From Candidatus Bathyarchaeia archaeon (GTDB taxonomy: Archaea; Thermoproteota; Bathyarchaeia; Bathyarchaeales; DTEX01): a stretch of 64,000 bases of DNA. Below, piece by piece: positions 9,825-18,848 of the stretch. The stretch lies in the NCBI GenBank assembly GCA_038897035.1, contig JAWAXF010000002.1:46797-110796 (forward strand). The letters run 5' to 3'. The number at the start of each line of letters is the position of its first letter. Within the stretch, counting starts at the first letter, position 1. Position numbers and translations under genes: made by a program. The notes under the pieces were generated by a model, which was not told the DNA's origin, did no database searches, and worked only from the letters and a program-made list of their open reading frames with translations.

Positions 9825-11231
9825 TTGTCAAAAGTTAAAGGCGCCCTTAGTCAACTATTACTCTACAAGTCCATGCTCATTGGACTAATCATCATACTTT
9901 TTCTAGTTGGGCTCTCTATTTACACTGTTATAACAATACCATATGAGGAGGCCACGCGGCTCTGGAGGGCTGGCGAACAATATTGGCTAGATAATCCACG
10001 CAACGCCCTACCCCTATGGGTGAACATCTTTACGCAAAAAAGGCTTCCTGAAACAATAGTATTGAGCACGGAGAAGCCCCAAGTTGGCGTCTCTAAAACT
10101 ATAGTTCCAGCTCCGGGTGAAAAGTTCAGCATAATTAAGGTAAAGTTCTCATTCAGCTATGAGTACGACGATTTTCCAAGTGAGATAAACCTATTCCTTA
10201 AGGCGAGCTTTAATGAATCTAATCCCCATCTAACAATCTACTGGGTTAAACCCAGTGGGGAGCAAATAACTCTGAGGTCACTTTTAATATCGAGGGAAGA
10301 TAGATATTACATATCAAACGATGAGGAACTAGCCAAGGAGATCAGGGGCTATATCTCAAATAAAATTAACAAGACCATAGAATATGAGGCGCCAATCACC
10401 ATTCTACTCTTTGCAGAAGAGGATAGTAGCATCCTGAGTCCAGATACGGCTAGGGTAATGAAGGGGGTGTACGAACTTTGGATAGAGGGCATCGTCTTTG
10501 AAATTAATGTGGACCTGGATGCTAAACTAGTGGTGTATGGTAAGGTTTATGGGCTAGCTGGCACAGATCACCTAAGAAGGGATCTAAGGATAGCGCTTTT
10601 ATGGGGCACACCTATAGCGCTCTCTTTCGGCGTGACTGCCTCTGTCACTGTGGCATTGATACAAATGTTTATTGGGGCTATCAGCGCCTGGTTTGGAGGG
10701 AAAGCAGATACCATTTTGCAGAGGCTCACAGAGGTCTTTATGGTTCTTCCCTTCCTACCGCTATTAATAATGATATCTACATTCTATAAATTTAATATAT
10801 GGGTGCTCTTGGCAGTCATTATAATACTCACGGTATTTGGTAGTGGCGTCAAAAATTATAGGGCAATGTTCCTGCAAATCAAGGAGCTCCCATATGTGGA
10901 AGCCGCTAGAGCCTATGGGGCCGGTAACCTTAGAATCATAATGCTCTATCTAATCCCGAAGGTCCTCCCAACAATAATTCCATCAATAGTTATCTCAGTT
11001 GCAGATTTCGTCTTCCTAGAGGCTGCGTTAGCAATACTCGGTTTAGGCGACCCATTAACTCCCACATGGGGAAAAATAATTGATGACGCATATACGTATG
11101 GAGCATTATATAAGGGATTATATTATTGGGTTCTACAACCATCAATAATGTTAGCATTAACTTCGTTGAGCTTCGCAATATTGGGCTTCGCATTAGATAA
11201 AATATTCAATCCAAGGTTAAAGGAGATGTAA
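9825..11231 (+). CDS. ABC transporter permease (DppC/OppC type) with large extracytoplasmic insert
   Basis: 468 aa: an N-terminal TM helix, then a ~230-aa soluble insert, then the permease core (EAARAYGAGNLRII motif). Confidence 0.85.
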   Translation: MSKVKGALSQLLLYKSMLIGLIIILFLVGLSIYTVITIPYEEATRLWRAGEQYWLDNPRNALPLWVNIFTQKRLPETIVLSTEKPQVGVSKTIVPAPGEKFSIIKVKFSFSYEYDDFPSEINLFLKASFNESNPHLTIYWVKPSGEQITLRSLLISREDRYYISNDEELAKEIRGYISNKINKTIEYEAPITILLFAEEDSSILSPDTARVMKGVYELWIEGIVFEINVDLDAKLVVYGKVYGLAGTDHLRRDLRIALLWGTPIALSFGVTASVTVALIQMFIGAISAWFGGKADTILQRLTEVFMVLPFLPLLIMISTFYKFNIWVLLAVIIILTVFGSGVKNYRAMFLQIKELPYVEAARAYGAGNLRIIMLYLIPKVLPTIIPSIVISVADFVFLEAALAILGLGDPLTPTWGKIIDDAYTYGALYKGLYYWVLQPSIMLALTSLSFAILGFALDKIFNPRLKEM

Positions 11232-12194
11232 ATGGAGGAGGAACACCTGAGCGTAAAAAACTTAACAATGTATTATAGAACCATGAAAGGTGAAGTCAAA
11301 GCTGTCGACGATGTATCATTCTCGCTACTTAAAGGGGAAACAATGGCCTTAATAGGTGAATCAGGTTGTGGGAAAAGCTCATTGGCAAAGGCGATAATAA
11401 GATTAATGCCCAGAAATGTCTCCGTATATAAAGGCACAGTTTTACTTAATGGCGTTAATTTGATGGATTTAGATGAGGAAGAGTTTAGAAGGAAAATTAG
11501 GTGGAGCAAGATTGCGTATGTTCCGCAGGCGGCGCTAAACTCTTTGAATCCCATCGTTAAAGTTGGGGAGCAGATGATAGAGCCGCTTATCCTCGTCTAC
11601 AGGATGAGTAAAAGGGAGGCTTTGGAGAAAGCTGCCGGAGCATTAAGAAAGGTTAGTATAAGTGAAAGCTTCATAGATCATTATCCTTTTGAATTAAGCG
11701 GAGGAATGAAGCAGCGAATTACCATAGCAACTGCTCTTCTTGTAAACCCGGAACTGATAATTCTGGACGAACCAACATCCTCATTAGACGTGTTAACCCA
11801 GGCTAACATCATGAATATATTGAAGAGCATTAAATGGGAGAGAGATTTAAGCATGATATTTATAACCCACGATATCAGTCTCTCAAGCGAATTAGCCGAT
11901 AAAATTGCTGTGATGTATGCTGGCCAAATAGTTGAGTTCAATGTGGCGGAAAAATTCTATAGTGATCCGAAGCATCCGTATTCTCAAAGATTGATGGAGA
12001 GCGTTCCAACGCTTAGAACTGATAAGAAGCTAGGCTTCATACCAGGTTCGCCACCCAGCCTTCTAAATCCGCCTAAAGGGTGTAGATTCGCAGAAAGATG
12101 CCCTTTCGCCTTTAATAAGTGCTCCGAAGATCCGCCCATAATTTACCTAGATGAAGATTTTTACGTTAAATGCTGGCTTTATGCGAAGGAGTAA
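11232..12194 (+). CDS. ABC transporter ATP-binding protein (OppD/DppD type)
   Basis: Walker A GESGCGKSS, signature LSGGMKQR, Walker B ILDEPTS, and a C-terminal oligopeptide-type extension with CRFAERCPF. Confidence 0.9.
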   Translation: MEEEHLSVKNLTMYYRTMKGEVKAVDDVSFSLLKGETMALIGESGCGKSSLAKAIIRLMPRNVSVYKGTVLLNGVNLMDLDEEEFRRKIRWSKIAYVPQAALNSLNPIVKVGEQMIEPLILVYRMSKREALEKAAGALRKVSISESFIDHYPFELSGGMKQRITIATALLVNPELIILDEPTSSLDVLTQANIMNILKSIKWERDLSMIFITHDISLSSELADKIAVMYAGQIVEFNVAEKFYSDPKHPYSQRLMESVPTLRTDKKLGFIPGSPPSLLNPPKGCRFAERCPFAFNKCSEDPPIIYLDEDFYVKCWLYAKE

Positions 12195-13174
12195 GTATGG
12201 GCGCACCATTATTGCTGGTTGAAAACTTGAAGAAGTACTTTGAGGTAAGAAGGGGTTTCTTGGGTAAAAAGGTTTATTTGAAGGCTGTTGATGGGGTGAG
12301 TCTAACATTAGTTAGGGGTGAGGCTATAGCGATAGTTGGCGAGAGCGGCTGCGGAAAAACAACCCTTGGTAAAACAATACTTAGGTTGTACGAGCCTACC
12401 GGTGGGAGAATAATATTTGATGGGAGAGATATAACCCGCTTAAGATGGAAGGATTTGAAGTGGTATAGGTGTGAGACTGGCTTAGTTCAGCAGGATCCGT
12501 TCGGTGCATTACCACCGTTCATGACGGTGAAGAGAATATTGGAGGAGCCGCTGATAATTAACGGCGTTAAGAGTAAGAGGGAGAGAGAAGAGAGGATTTA
12601 CAGGGCTTTGGAGAGGGTTAAGCTGACGCCAGTTGAGGACTTTATCAATAAGTATCCGCATATGTTAAGTGGGGGTCAGCAGCAGAGACTAGTTATAGCT
12701 AGAGCGACAATTCTGGAGCCAAAGATAGTGGTCGCCGATGAACCCGTTTCAATGCTAGACGCATCAGTTAGAATAGAGATCCTCAAGCTACTTCAAGAAT
12801 TGCAGCAGAAGTATAATCAAAGTATAATATATATAACGCATGATCTTTCCACAACAAAATATTTTTCGGAGAGAATCTATATAATGTATGCGGCCCAGAT
12901 AATTGAGAGCGCGAGTACAAGCGAGCTACTGTGGAACCCGATGCACCCATACACAAAGGCTCTGCTCAACGTTATACCAGATCCAGATCCAGGTAACCGC
13001 CTTATCATTAAAGATGTGCCGGCGGGCGAGCCGCCTAACCTAATGAGTCCACCATCCAGCTGCCGCTTCCATCCGAGATGCCCGAATTTCATGAAGGGGG
13101 TTTGCGATGCAAGGGAGCCGCCGACAATAGAAGTTACAAAGGAACATTATGTGAAGTGCTGGCTTTATGATTAA
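12170..13174 (+). CDS. ABC transporter ATP-binding protein (OppF/DppF type)
   Basis: Walker A GESGCGKTT, LSGGQQQR, ADEPVS and a C-terminal CRFHPRCP. Likely start at ATG 12197 (MGAPLLLVENL). Confidence 0.9.
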   Translation: MLALCEGVSMGAPLLLVENLKKYFEVRRGFLGKKVYLKAVDGVSLTLVRGEAIAIVGESGCGKTTLGKTILRLYEPTGGRIIFDGRDITRLRWKDLKWYRCETGLVQQDPFGALPPFMTVKRILEEPLIINGVKSKREREERIYRALERVKLTPVEDFINKYPHMLSGGQQQRLVIARATILEPKIVVADEPVSMLDASVRIEILKLLQELQQKYNQSIIYITHDLSTTKYFSERIYIMYAAQIIESASTSELLWNPMHPYTKALLNVIPDPDPGNRLIIKDVPAGEPPNLMSPPSSCRFHPRCPNFMKGVCDAREPPTIEVTKEHYVKCWLYD

Positions 13175-13376
13175 AATGAGTAAAGAGGCCCTTGAGATAA
13201 TCATTGGAGGTTTTCTCTTAGTAGCTGGCTTCGCCCTCTCATTTCTAATGGTTGTAGACATCTTGGAGAAGCACATATCCCTATTGATACTAGCTTTCTC
13301 CATATCCTTCGCGGGCCTACTTATAGGTTTTTATGGAATATACGGGTTAGTGATTTCGCACCGTAAAGGTGATTGA
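13167..13376 (+). CDS. small membrane protein (two predicted TM helices)
   Basis: 69-aa ORF overlapping the oppF stop by 8 nt, with two hydrophobic stretches. Its operon position suggests it is real. Confidence 0.4.
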   Translation: MIKMSKEALEIIIGGFLLVAGFALSFLMVVDILEKHISLLILAFSISFAGLLIGFYGIYGLVISHRKGD

Positions 13377-13379
13377 AAT

Positions 13380-13943
13380 ATGCCCATAAGCGGCTGGTGC
13401 GCTTGGGTTACTGGTCTACCTGGCAGCGGTAAGTCTACAGTTGCGCATCTTCTTGCCGAGAAGCTTAGGGCTCTTGGAATACACGCTTATGTTCTCTCCT
13501 CAGATGAACTCCGCAAGGTTATGACGCCTAGCCCAAAGTATACTGAGGAGGAGCGGGACATAGTCTATGCTACACTAGTCTATATTGCCAGAATTTTAAC
13601 GGAGAACGGCGTGAATGTGATCATCGACGCAACTGGCAATAGGCGTAGGTACCGTGATGAGACTAGAAGGCTGATCCCAAAGTTTATGGAGGCCTATTTA
13701 AGATGTCCACTGGAGGTCTGCATCATGAGGGAATCTAAGCGTGGCCCAGATTTTTATGGGGCTCCAGGCGGCATATATGCTAAGGCGCTTAGGGGGGAAA
13801 GTGAAACGGTCCCCGGGATCGGAGCGCCATACGAAGAGCCGATAAATCCAGAGGTAACGGTAGACTCGGATAAACTTAGCCCAGAAGAGTGCGCAGAAAG
13901 AATACTAGATGTCATATTAGAGCGCTTTAAGCCCGCGCCATAA
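13380..13943 (+). CDS. adenylyl-sulfate kinase-like P-loop kinase
   Basis: P-loop GLPGSGKST, SSDELR (LDGD-like) and a C-terminal APYEEPINPEV pattern as in the APS kinase family. No other sulfate-assimilation gene is in the window. Confidence 0.65.
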   Translation: MPISGWCAWVTGLPGSGKSTVAHLLAEKLRALGIHAYVLSSDELRKVMTPSPKYTEEERDIVYATLVYIARILTENGVNVIIDATGNRRRYRDETRRLIPKFMEAYLRCPLEVCIMRESKRGPDFYGAPGGIYAKALRGESETVPGIGAPYEEPINPEVTVDSDKLSPEECAERILDVILERFKPAP

Positions 13944-14102
13944 AAATTTTCATAGGATTTGGAAGAAATTCTCAGTTCATGCTCGAGGTTAAGTAGGGTA
14001 AACTTATTCTTTGAGGGGCCTCTGTCATTAAAGAAGTGACCGCTTGTGTAGAGATGAGTGGAGGATAATACGGGGCTAGTTACTAAGAGGCGAAATGAGA
14101 GG

Positions 14103-15257
14103 TCAAAAGAGCCTGGTTTTAGCGTTTGGTGGAACAAACCTCCTCAATTTCTGGAGCATTTCTAGGCGTTCTTTATCACCCAAATTAGCCCTCTCAACAG
14201 CCTCCCTCAAGATTCTTATAGACTCATCCATTGCCCTCCTATTAACTGGATATGGGACGCCGTCTTTTCCACCGTATGCAAATGAATATTTAACGGGATC
14301 CCTCCAACTTGGCTTACTGCCATAAATTATTTCGGCGACGAGCGCCAGTCCCCTAACTGTTAAGGGGCCTATACCCCTAATCCCAAGTAGCTCCTCATAA
14401 TTTTTTGGCTGTATTTCATAGGCCCTCTTCAGGGCCTTCCAATTTATTGATAATGGCATCTTAAGGAACTCCGCAACATATTCCTTTTCCTCTTTGGGTG
14501 CTGCCTCTGGAATCCATTCTTTTAGGGATCTTTGGTATGATGGCCTTATCATATCTAATAGTCTCGTAACCCTTTGGGGTCTCTCCTTAGCCAGGTCCAC
14601 TGAGGTCTTTCTACATTCCTCGCTTTCTTTGGCGGTCATGTCTAGGGCGAGGGGGCGCCTCACATCTCCGACTATGGCGCTGTGCGGCTCCACAACAAAG
14701 TTTTCAACGTGATCTGATAGCCAATGATATCTGCGCGCCGTCCTATCGTTCACGTTCATCCCTTGCTGAATAACGGCCCACTTGCCGTCCTCTGTGACGA
14801 AGAAAGCATGGTGATAGAGCTGGTAGCCAGCTTGTATGGCCGTATTATCAACTTTGGCACTCATCCTACTAGCATATTGTAGATCACTTATCTTAGACGT
14901 GGATAAATTGAAGATCTCTCCAACAGTTGTTATTTCCAAGAGCGTTTCCCTAGATGCCTTCCCCTTACCCCCACATATAGCTACTCCTAGATTCGCCTCT
15001 TTAAGCGCCGTCTTTAAGGCCCCTGTAACGACTGTTGTTAGCCCTGATGAATGCCAGTCATACCCCAGCACACAGCCAAACGCCTGGAACCAGTGGGGCT
15101 CTGAGATTCTCCTAAGGAATTCTTCTCGGCCATACTCGTCAATAATGATCGTAACTATCTCCTTTGCTAACTCTATCATGCGCTTAACTAGCCATTGCGG
15201 GGCCTTCCCATCATGTAGGGGGAGCTCTGCTAAGCCAGTTTTCTTCAAGTAAATCAC
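14103..15257 (-). CDS. conserved uncharacterised protein (DUF763-like) with helix-hairpin-helix segment
   Basis: The N-terminal GLAELPLHDGKAPQWLVKRM matches my recollection of the DUF763 family. LGIRGIGPLTVRGLALVAE looks like an HhH motif. Confidence 0.55.
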   Translation of the reverse strand: MIYLKKTGLAELPLHDGKAPQWLVKRMIELAKEIVTIIIDEYGREEFLRRISEPHWFQAFGCVLGYDWHSSGLTTVVTGALKTALKEANLGVAICGGKGKASRETLLEITTVGEIFNLSTSKISDLQYASRMSAKVDNTAIQAGYQLYHHAFFVTEDGKWAVIQQGMNVNDRTARRYHWLSDHVENFVVEPHSAIVGDVRRPLALDMTAKESEECRKTSVDLAKERPQRVTRLLDMIRPSYQRSLKEWIPEAAPKEEKEYVAEFLKMPLSINWKALKRAYEIQPKNYEELLGIRGIGPLTVRGLALVAEIIYGSKPSWRDPVKYSFAYGGKDGVPYPVNRRAMDESIRILREAVERANLGDKERLEMLQKLRRFVPPNAKTRLF

Positions 15258-15310
15258 GGCATCTGCCCAAATATGCTCAACAATAATAATAGTTCCTTTT
15301 AAATTTTTCC

Positions 15311-15829
15311 TTACCTAATTAATCGGCCCTCATGATTTATTTCGCCGCGCTTGATCCTCGTCGTCGAGATTGGAATCTGATCCTCTGCCAAGACCATATC
15401 TATGACAATTACTTCTAATGGTTTGATCCCCCTTCTCCCCCTCAAAATATTTATTTCCCTAGCCTTTTCCTCCGTCTCCCTGCTGACGACGATCGCCTCG
15501 ATCTCCGGGTTAGATGCCGCCGGACCATATGGGTCGTCCAATGGGACTATCTCAGCCCTGCTAGAGACGCTCAAGTCCTCAAGGAATTTCATGAGATTTC
15601 TAAGTCTAACATCATAGGGCGCAATCCCATGGTTTTTGCGCAGTTTCTTGGCGAACCCATCTGTGGTCAATCCTATCCAAACAGTCTCTCCATACTCAAA
15701 AGCGGTTTTCAGCAGAACTTTATGCCCCTTATGGAGCTCATCAAATGTTCCACCAACACCAACTATTCTAAAAGGCCCTCTCTTATTCTGATATAGACAT
15801 GACACCATGATCGGCATCCCGCCACTCAT
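15311..15829 (-). CDS. archaeal-type phosphopantetheine adenylyltransferase (cytidylyltransferase fold)
   Basis: GVGGTFDELHKGHKVLL nucleotidyltransferase (H/T)xGH motif and a C-terminal ISTTRIKRGEI, at the size typical of archaeal PPAT. Confidence 0.75.
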   Translation of the reverse strand: MSGGMPIMVSCLYQNKRGPFRIVGVGGTFDELHKGHKVLLKTAFEYGETVWIGLTTDGFAKKLRKNHGIAPYDVRLRNLMKFLEDLSVSSRAEIVPLDDPYGPAASNPEIEAIVVSRETEEKAREINILRGRRGIKPLEVIVIDMVLAEDQIPISTTRIKRGEINHEGRLIR

Positions 15830-16008
15830 TATTTTTTAGTCTAAACGGATTTGTGATTCTTTTAATTGATCTTAGGTATAAAGTTAAGGGCAAGCTTTAG
15901 CATTTAGTTCAAGAGTGTTGATGTAGATTATTATAATTGTGTATATTAACTAAACAAGAATAAATAATTCTTGGTCAAGTGTTTTAAAAGTTTTCGGAGA
16001 TGACCCTG

Positions 16009-16021
16009 GTGATCTGATCAC
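16009..16021. promoter_or_regulatory. 13-bp perfect palindrome GTGATCTGATCAC in a divergent promoter region
   Basis: Read directly. It lies in the 287-nt AT-rich spacer between the PPAT gene and the S-component-like gene, upstream of the TATA-like ATATATCTATATATAA at ~16066-16082. Confidence 0.3.
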
Positions 16022-16116
16022 TCAATTAAGTATATTTTGTTTAAACATTACATATGAAATTCTTATATATCTATATATAACAGTTATTTTTAATACTGCC
16101 TGGATAGTGTTAAAAT

Positions 16117-16923
16117 ATGGCCAGTCAGCCGAAATCACTAAGTATTATCGCAACCACTATATGTGCGGCTTTATATGCCGTTAGCTCCTATGCAACCGCC
16201 TATATTCCGTCACCTTGGGGTTTTGGGCAGTTCAGACCAGCTGTCGTTATACCAGCCCTATTTGCAGTTCTTTTCGGTCCATTACCGGCGGGTATAGGCG
16301 CGGCAATAGGAACATTGATTGCAGACTCGGTTAAACATGGAACATTATATTTTGGGAGCTTATTTGCCGCCGTTCCGGGGAACTTCGTTGGCTTCTACAT
16401 ATTTGGAAGAATTTGTAGAAAGTTTAGCTGGAAGAGGTTTATAATCGCGGCAAATGTAACGCTTACTTTAGCAAACTTTATAACAGCTTTTCTATATATC
16501 TATCTATATAGATACCTATTTCTGCAAGCCCTTAAAGTTGGCTTCATGGACATTATGCTCTTATCGGTTGGTTTAACCATATGGTGGTACATAACTATGC
16601 TTCCATTTGTATTAATATTCGACCCACTACTTATAAAGGCAGTCTCGGCCGCGGTTCCCTCGATCGTCCCAGAGGATGTTAGGTATAAAAGTTTTAATGA
16701 GGAGTACTCAAATACCAGCTTCGGGCTCTCCCTAATGGCTCCAGGGCTAATTCTTCTAGTGCTGGGATTACTTATCACATTCACAGATTTTGGCAAGCTA
16801 ATGGTATCTATCACTAAGCTCCCGACAATAGCCCCACTCCAGACACTCCTCTATGGCAGTGGAGTAGTGTTAGTACCGCTTGGGGTACACTCCCTTTCTA
16901 AAGCGAAATCTAGGTCTACATAA
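16117..16923 (+). CDS. ECF-transporter S-component-like membrane protein
   Basis: Polytopic. The N-terminal pattern (ICAALYAVSSYATAYIP...FRPAVVIPALFAVLFGPLPAGIGAAIGTLIADS) resembles vitamin-type S components. No EcfA/T genes are nearby. Confidence 0.5.
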   Translation: MASQPKSLSIIATTICAALYAVSSYATAYIPSPWGFGQFRPAVVIPALFAVLFGPLPAGIGAAIGTLIADSVKHGTLYFGSLFAAVPGNFVGFYIFGRICRKFSWKRFIIAANVTLTLANFITAFLYIYLYRYLFLQALKVGFMDIMLLSVGLTIWWYITMLPFVLIFDPLLIKAVSAAVPSIVPEDVRYKSFNEEYSNTSFGLSLMAPGLILLVLGLLITFTDFGKLMVSITKLPTIAPLQTLLYGSGVVLVPLGVHSLSKAKSRST

Positions 16924-17103
16924 TACTTCCTCAAGCATCTAATAATTGACATGGAAGCGTGAATTGATCCTTCCTACCTCATGATATTACAATTAAGATT
17001 GCAGGATTGTTGTGTGAATTCAATTAATGGCGAAATGAGAACGGGTGTTAGTGAGAGCAAAGTTTAATTAATGGGGTGGATCTGATATATCAGTGCTTTC
17101 TAT

Positions 17104-17652
17104 TTGAGGTGCTTGCCCGTGGATCCGATACTTGAAAGGAAGACGAATGTGCTTATTGAGCTTAGGAACTATAAGGTTTTGGGGAGGGAGGAAAGTGAGG
17201 ATGGCGTATTTACCTTGGTTGAGGATAAAGAAGGTAGGAAGATCCTCATATGGACCGCTGCCATATCCGAGATGGGTATTAAGCATGTGAATAGTATGGC
17301 TAAGTATATGAGGGATAGGGGCGCAGAGAGTGGCATAATAGTGAGTAACAAGTATTCACAATCCGCAAAAACCCAGGCTAAAAAAGAGAATATTGAGCTT
17401 ATTCCCCAAGACTTCCCCTCATTTAACATATTTAAGCATTACCTTGTTCCAAAGCACGAGATCCTGTCGCCCGAGGAGAGACAAGCCCTCCTAGAGAAGT
17501 ATCGCATAGAACCATATAAGCTACCGCGCATAAAGGCTTCTGATCCAGCTGTGCGTTTAATTGGCGCTAAGCCAGGAGACATTGTTAAAATAGTTAGGCG
17601 GAGCCCAACCGCTGGAGAGAGCGTATATTACCGCTATGTTGCTGAGGGCTAA
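17104..17652 (+). CDS. rpoH: RNA polymerase subunit H (Rpo5) with N-terminal Rpb5-like extension
   Basis: The C-terminal 70 aa ([68 protein letters not shown]) is canonical RpoH/Rpb5-C. The ORF is open for ~110 codons upstream. The last in-frame Met is still 43 codons upstream of the conserved domain, and the annotated start is TTG. Confidence 0.85.
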   Translation: MRCLPVDPILERKTNVLIELRNYKVLGREESEDGVFTLVEDKEGRKILIWTAAISEMGIKHVNSMAKYMRDRGAESGIIVSNKYSQSAKTQAKKENIELIPQDFPSFNIFKHYLVPKHEILSPEERQALLEKYRIEPYKLPRIKASDPAVRLIGAKPGDIVKIVRRSPTAGESVYYRYVAEG

Positions 17653-17657
17653 TAGGC

Positions 17658-18185
17658 TTATATGCCCTTTATAACCTTAATTATTTCCTCCGTTCTCCTG
17701 ACTCCTAGCTCCGTTATCTTATATTCTCCCTCAGAAGCCCTCTCAACCAAACCACCCTCAATGAGTTTTGGCAATTCATTGGTCACTGTTTTCTTAGCCT
17801 TACCAGTCAGCCTTGACAGCTCGCCTACTGACAGTGTATCTTTACTCAGCTTCCCAATTCTACTGCCAACATAGGCCCCCAAGAGGGCTAGGCATATGGC
17901 GTTCTTTGCAGATAACTCTAGGCTTGGATTAATTATTGGGCCGCTTGAAGATATCTCCACCAGACCAGATATGTTATTTATGATCTTAGCTAGATCCGGT
18001 GTGTACATGATTCTACGCAGCAGCTCTATGTTTGGGCAGATCTGCGATATAAAGCGCAATAATGAATCGAAAACTTGTTCAGAGCTTCCCTCAAAATTTA
18101 CCTTCATGTCACCAATCTCTAAGTGGACTTTAACCGCGCTCAACCCCGATCTCCCCCTCTGATTTAATTTTAGGTAATACCTCAT
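17658..18185 (-). CDS. uncharacterised two-domain protein with C-terminal winged helix (paralogue A)
   Basis: C-terminal wHTH LSVGELSRLTGKAKKTVTNELPKLIEGGLVERASEGEYKITELG. It aligns along its whole length with the 18130-18696 product. A TTG at 18143, preceded by GAGGGGGAG, would give a 14-nt overlap with the upstream gene and is a plausible true start. Confidence 0.6.
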   Translation of the reverse strand: MRYYLKLNQRGRSGLSAVKVHLEIGDMKVNFEGSSEQVFDSLLRFISQICPNIELLRRIMYTPDLAKIINNISGLVEISSSGPIINPSLELSAKNAICLALLGAYVGSRIGKLSKDTLSVGELSRLTGKAKKTVTNELPKLIEGGLVERASEGEYKITELGVRRTEEIIKVIKGI

Positions 18186-18696
18186 CGAAGAAGAATTTTA
18201 CTCCAAGCGTTGTTAATCTATATTCTCCGCGCCCAACCCTCTCAACGAACCCCATGTCCGTAAGCTCACTTAGGCGGGCGGCAACAGTACCACTCTTGCA
18301 CCCGGTTGCGGATGTCAGGTCAGCTACTGAGAGGGAGTCCTTTTCAATGCGTCCAACTCTATAACCAACATACACCTTAACTAGGTTGAGCAGTATGGCG
18401 TTCCTATCTCCTCCTAACCTATCGCGTGGAACAGTTATAACCGGACCTTCTGGCGTGAGAGCTATAATGCCCCTAACGCCCCTCAGAAGGTCCTCTATGT
18501 CCACGGAGAGCGTCAGCTGGGCAGCAAGGTCATACGCTGGCAGAACTCTACTAATAAAGTTTAGGAGAGCCCTTATAACCTCGTCTGGCTTACCAGCAAA
18601 TCTTGCTTCAAGATTCCTATATCTCACGGTTAATTCTAAATTTCCCTCTACACTCTTCATCTCACTACACAAATCCTCTTTCATAATAATCTTCAA
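18130..18696 (-). CDS. uncharacterised two-domain protein with C-terminal winged helix (paralogue B)
   Basis: LSVADLTSATGCKSGTVAARLSELTDMGFVERVGRGEYRLTTLG. The N-terminal LELTVRYRNLEARFAGKPDEVIRALLNFISRV and central EGPVITVP match paralogue A (VNFEGSSEQVFDSLLRFISQI; SGPIINPS). Confidence 0.6.
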   Translation of the reverse strand: MKIIMKEDLCSEMKSVEGNLELTVRYRNLEARFAGKPDEVIRALLNFISRVLPAYDLAAQLTLSVDIEDLLRGVRGIIALTPEGPVITVPRDRLGGDRNAILLNLVKVYVGYRVGRIEKDSLSVADLTSATGCKSGTVAARLSELTDMGFVERVGRGEYRLTTLGVKFFFDEVLPKIKSEGEIGVERG

Positions 18697-18848
18697 AAAT
18701 TATTATAACATGATTTTATATCTAAAAGATTTTTGCCCACATAATTATCTGGATGAGCTTCTCAGTAGAAAGGATATATTTTTGAGAGGAAATCTACTAG
18801 TATAGGTACTGCCTACCAATTAATTAGAAGATGATTTGAGGGTTAAAA

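Noticed and set aside
15990-16030. CGGAGATGACCCTGGTGATCTGATCAC has a superficial resemblance to the TPP riboswitch core (CUGAGA..ACCC..ACCUGAUCUGG).
   Set aside because: The invariant CUGAGA is absent and no P1/P2/P3 pairing partners were found. The sequence is fully explained as a 13-bp DNA palindrome located upstream of the TATA-like element, so it is probably not transcribed.
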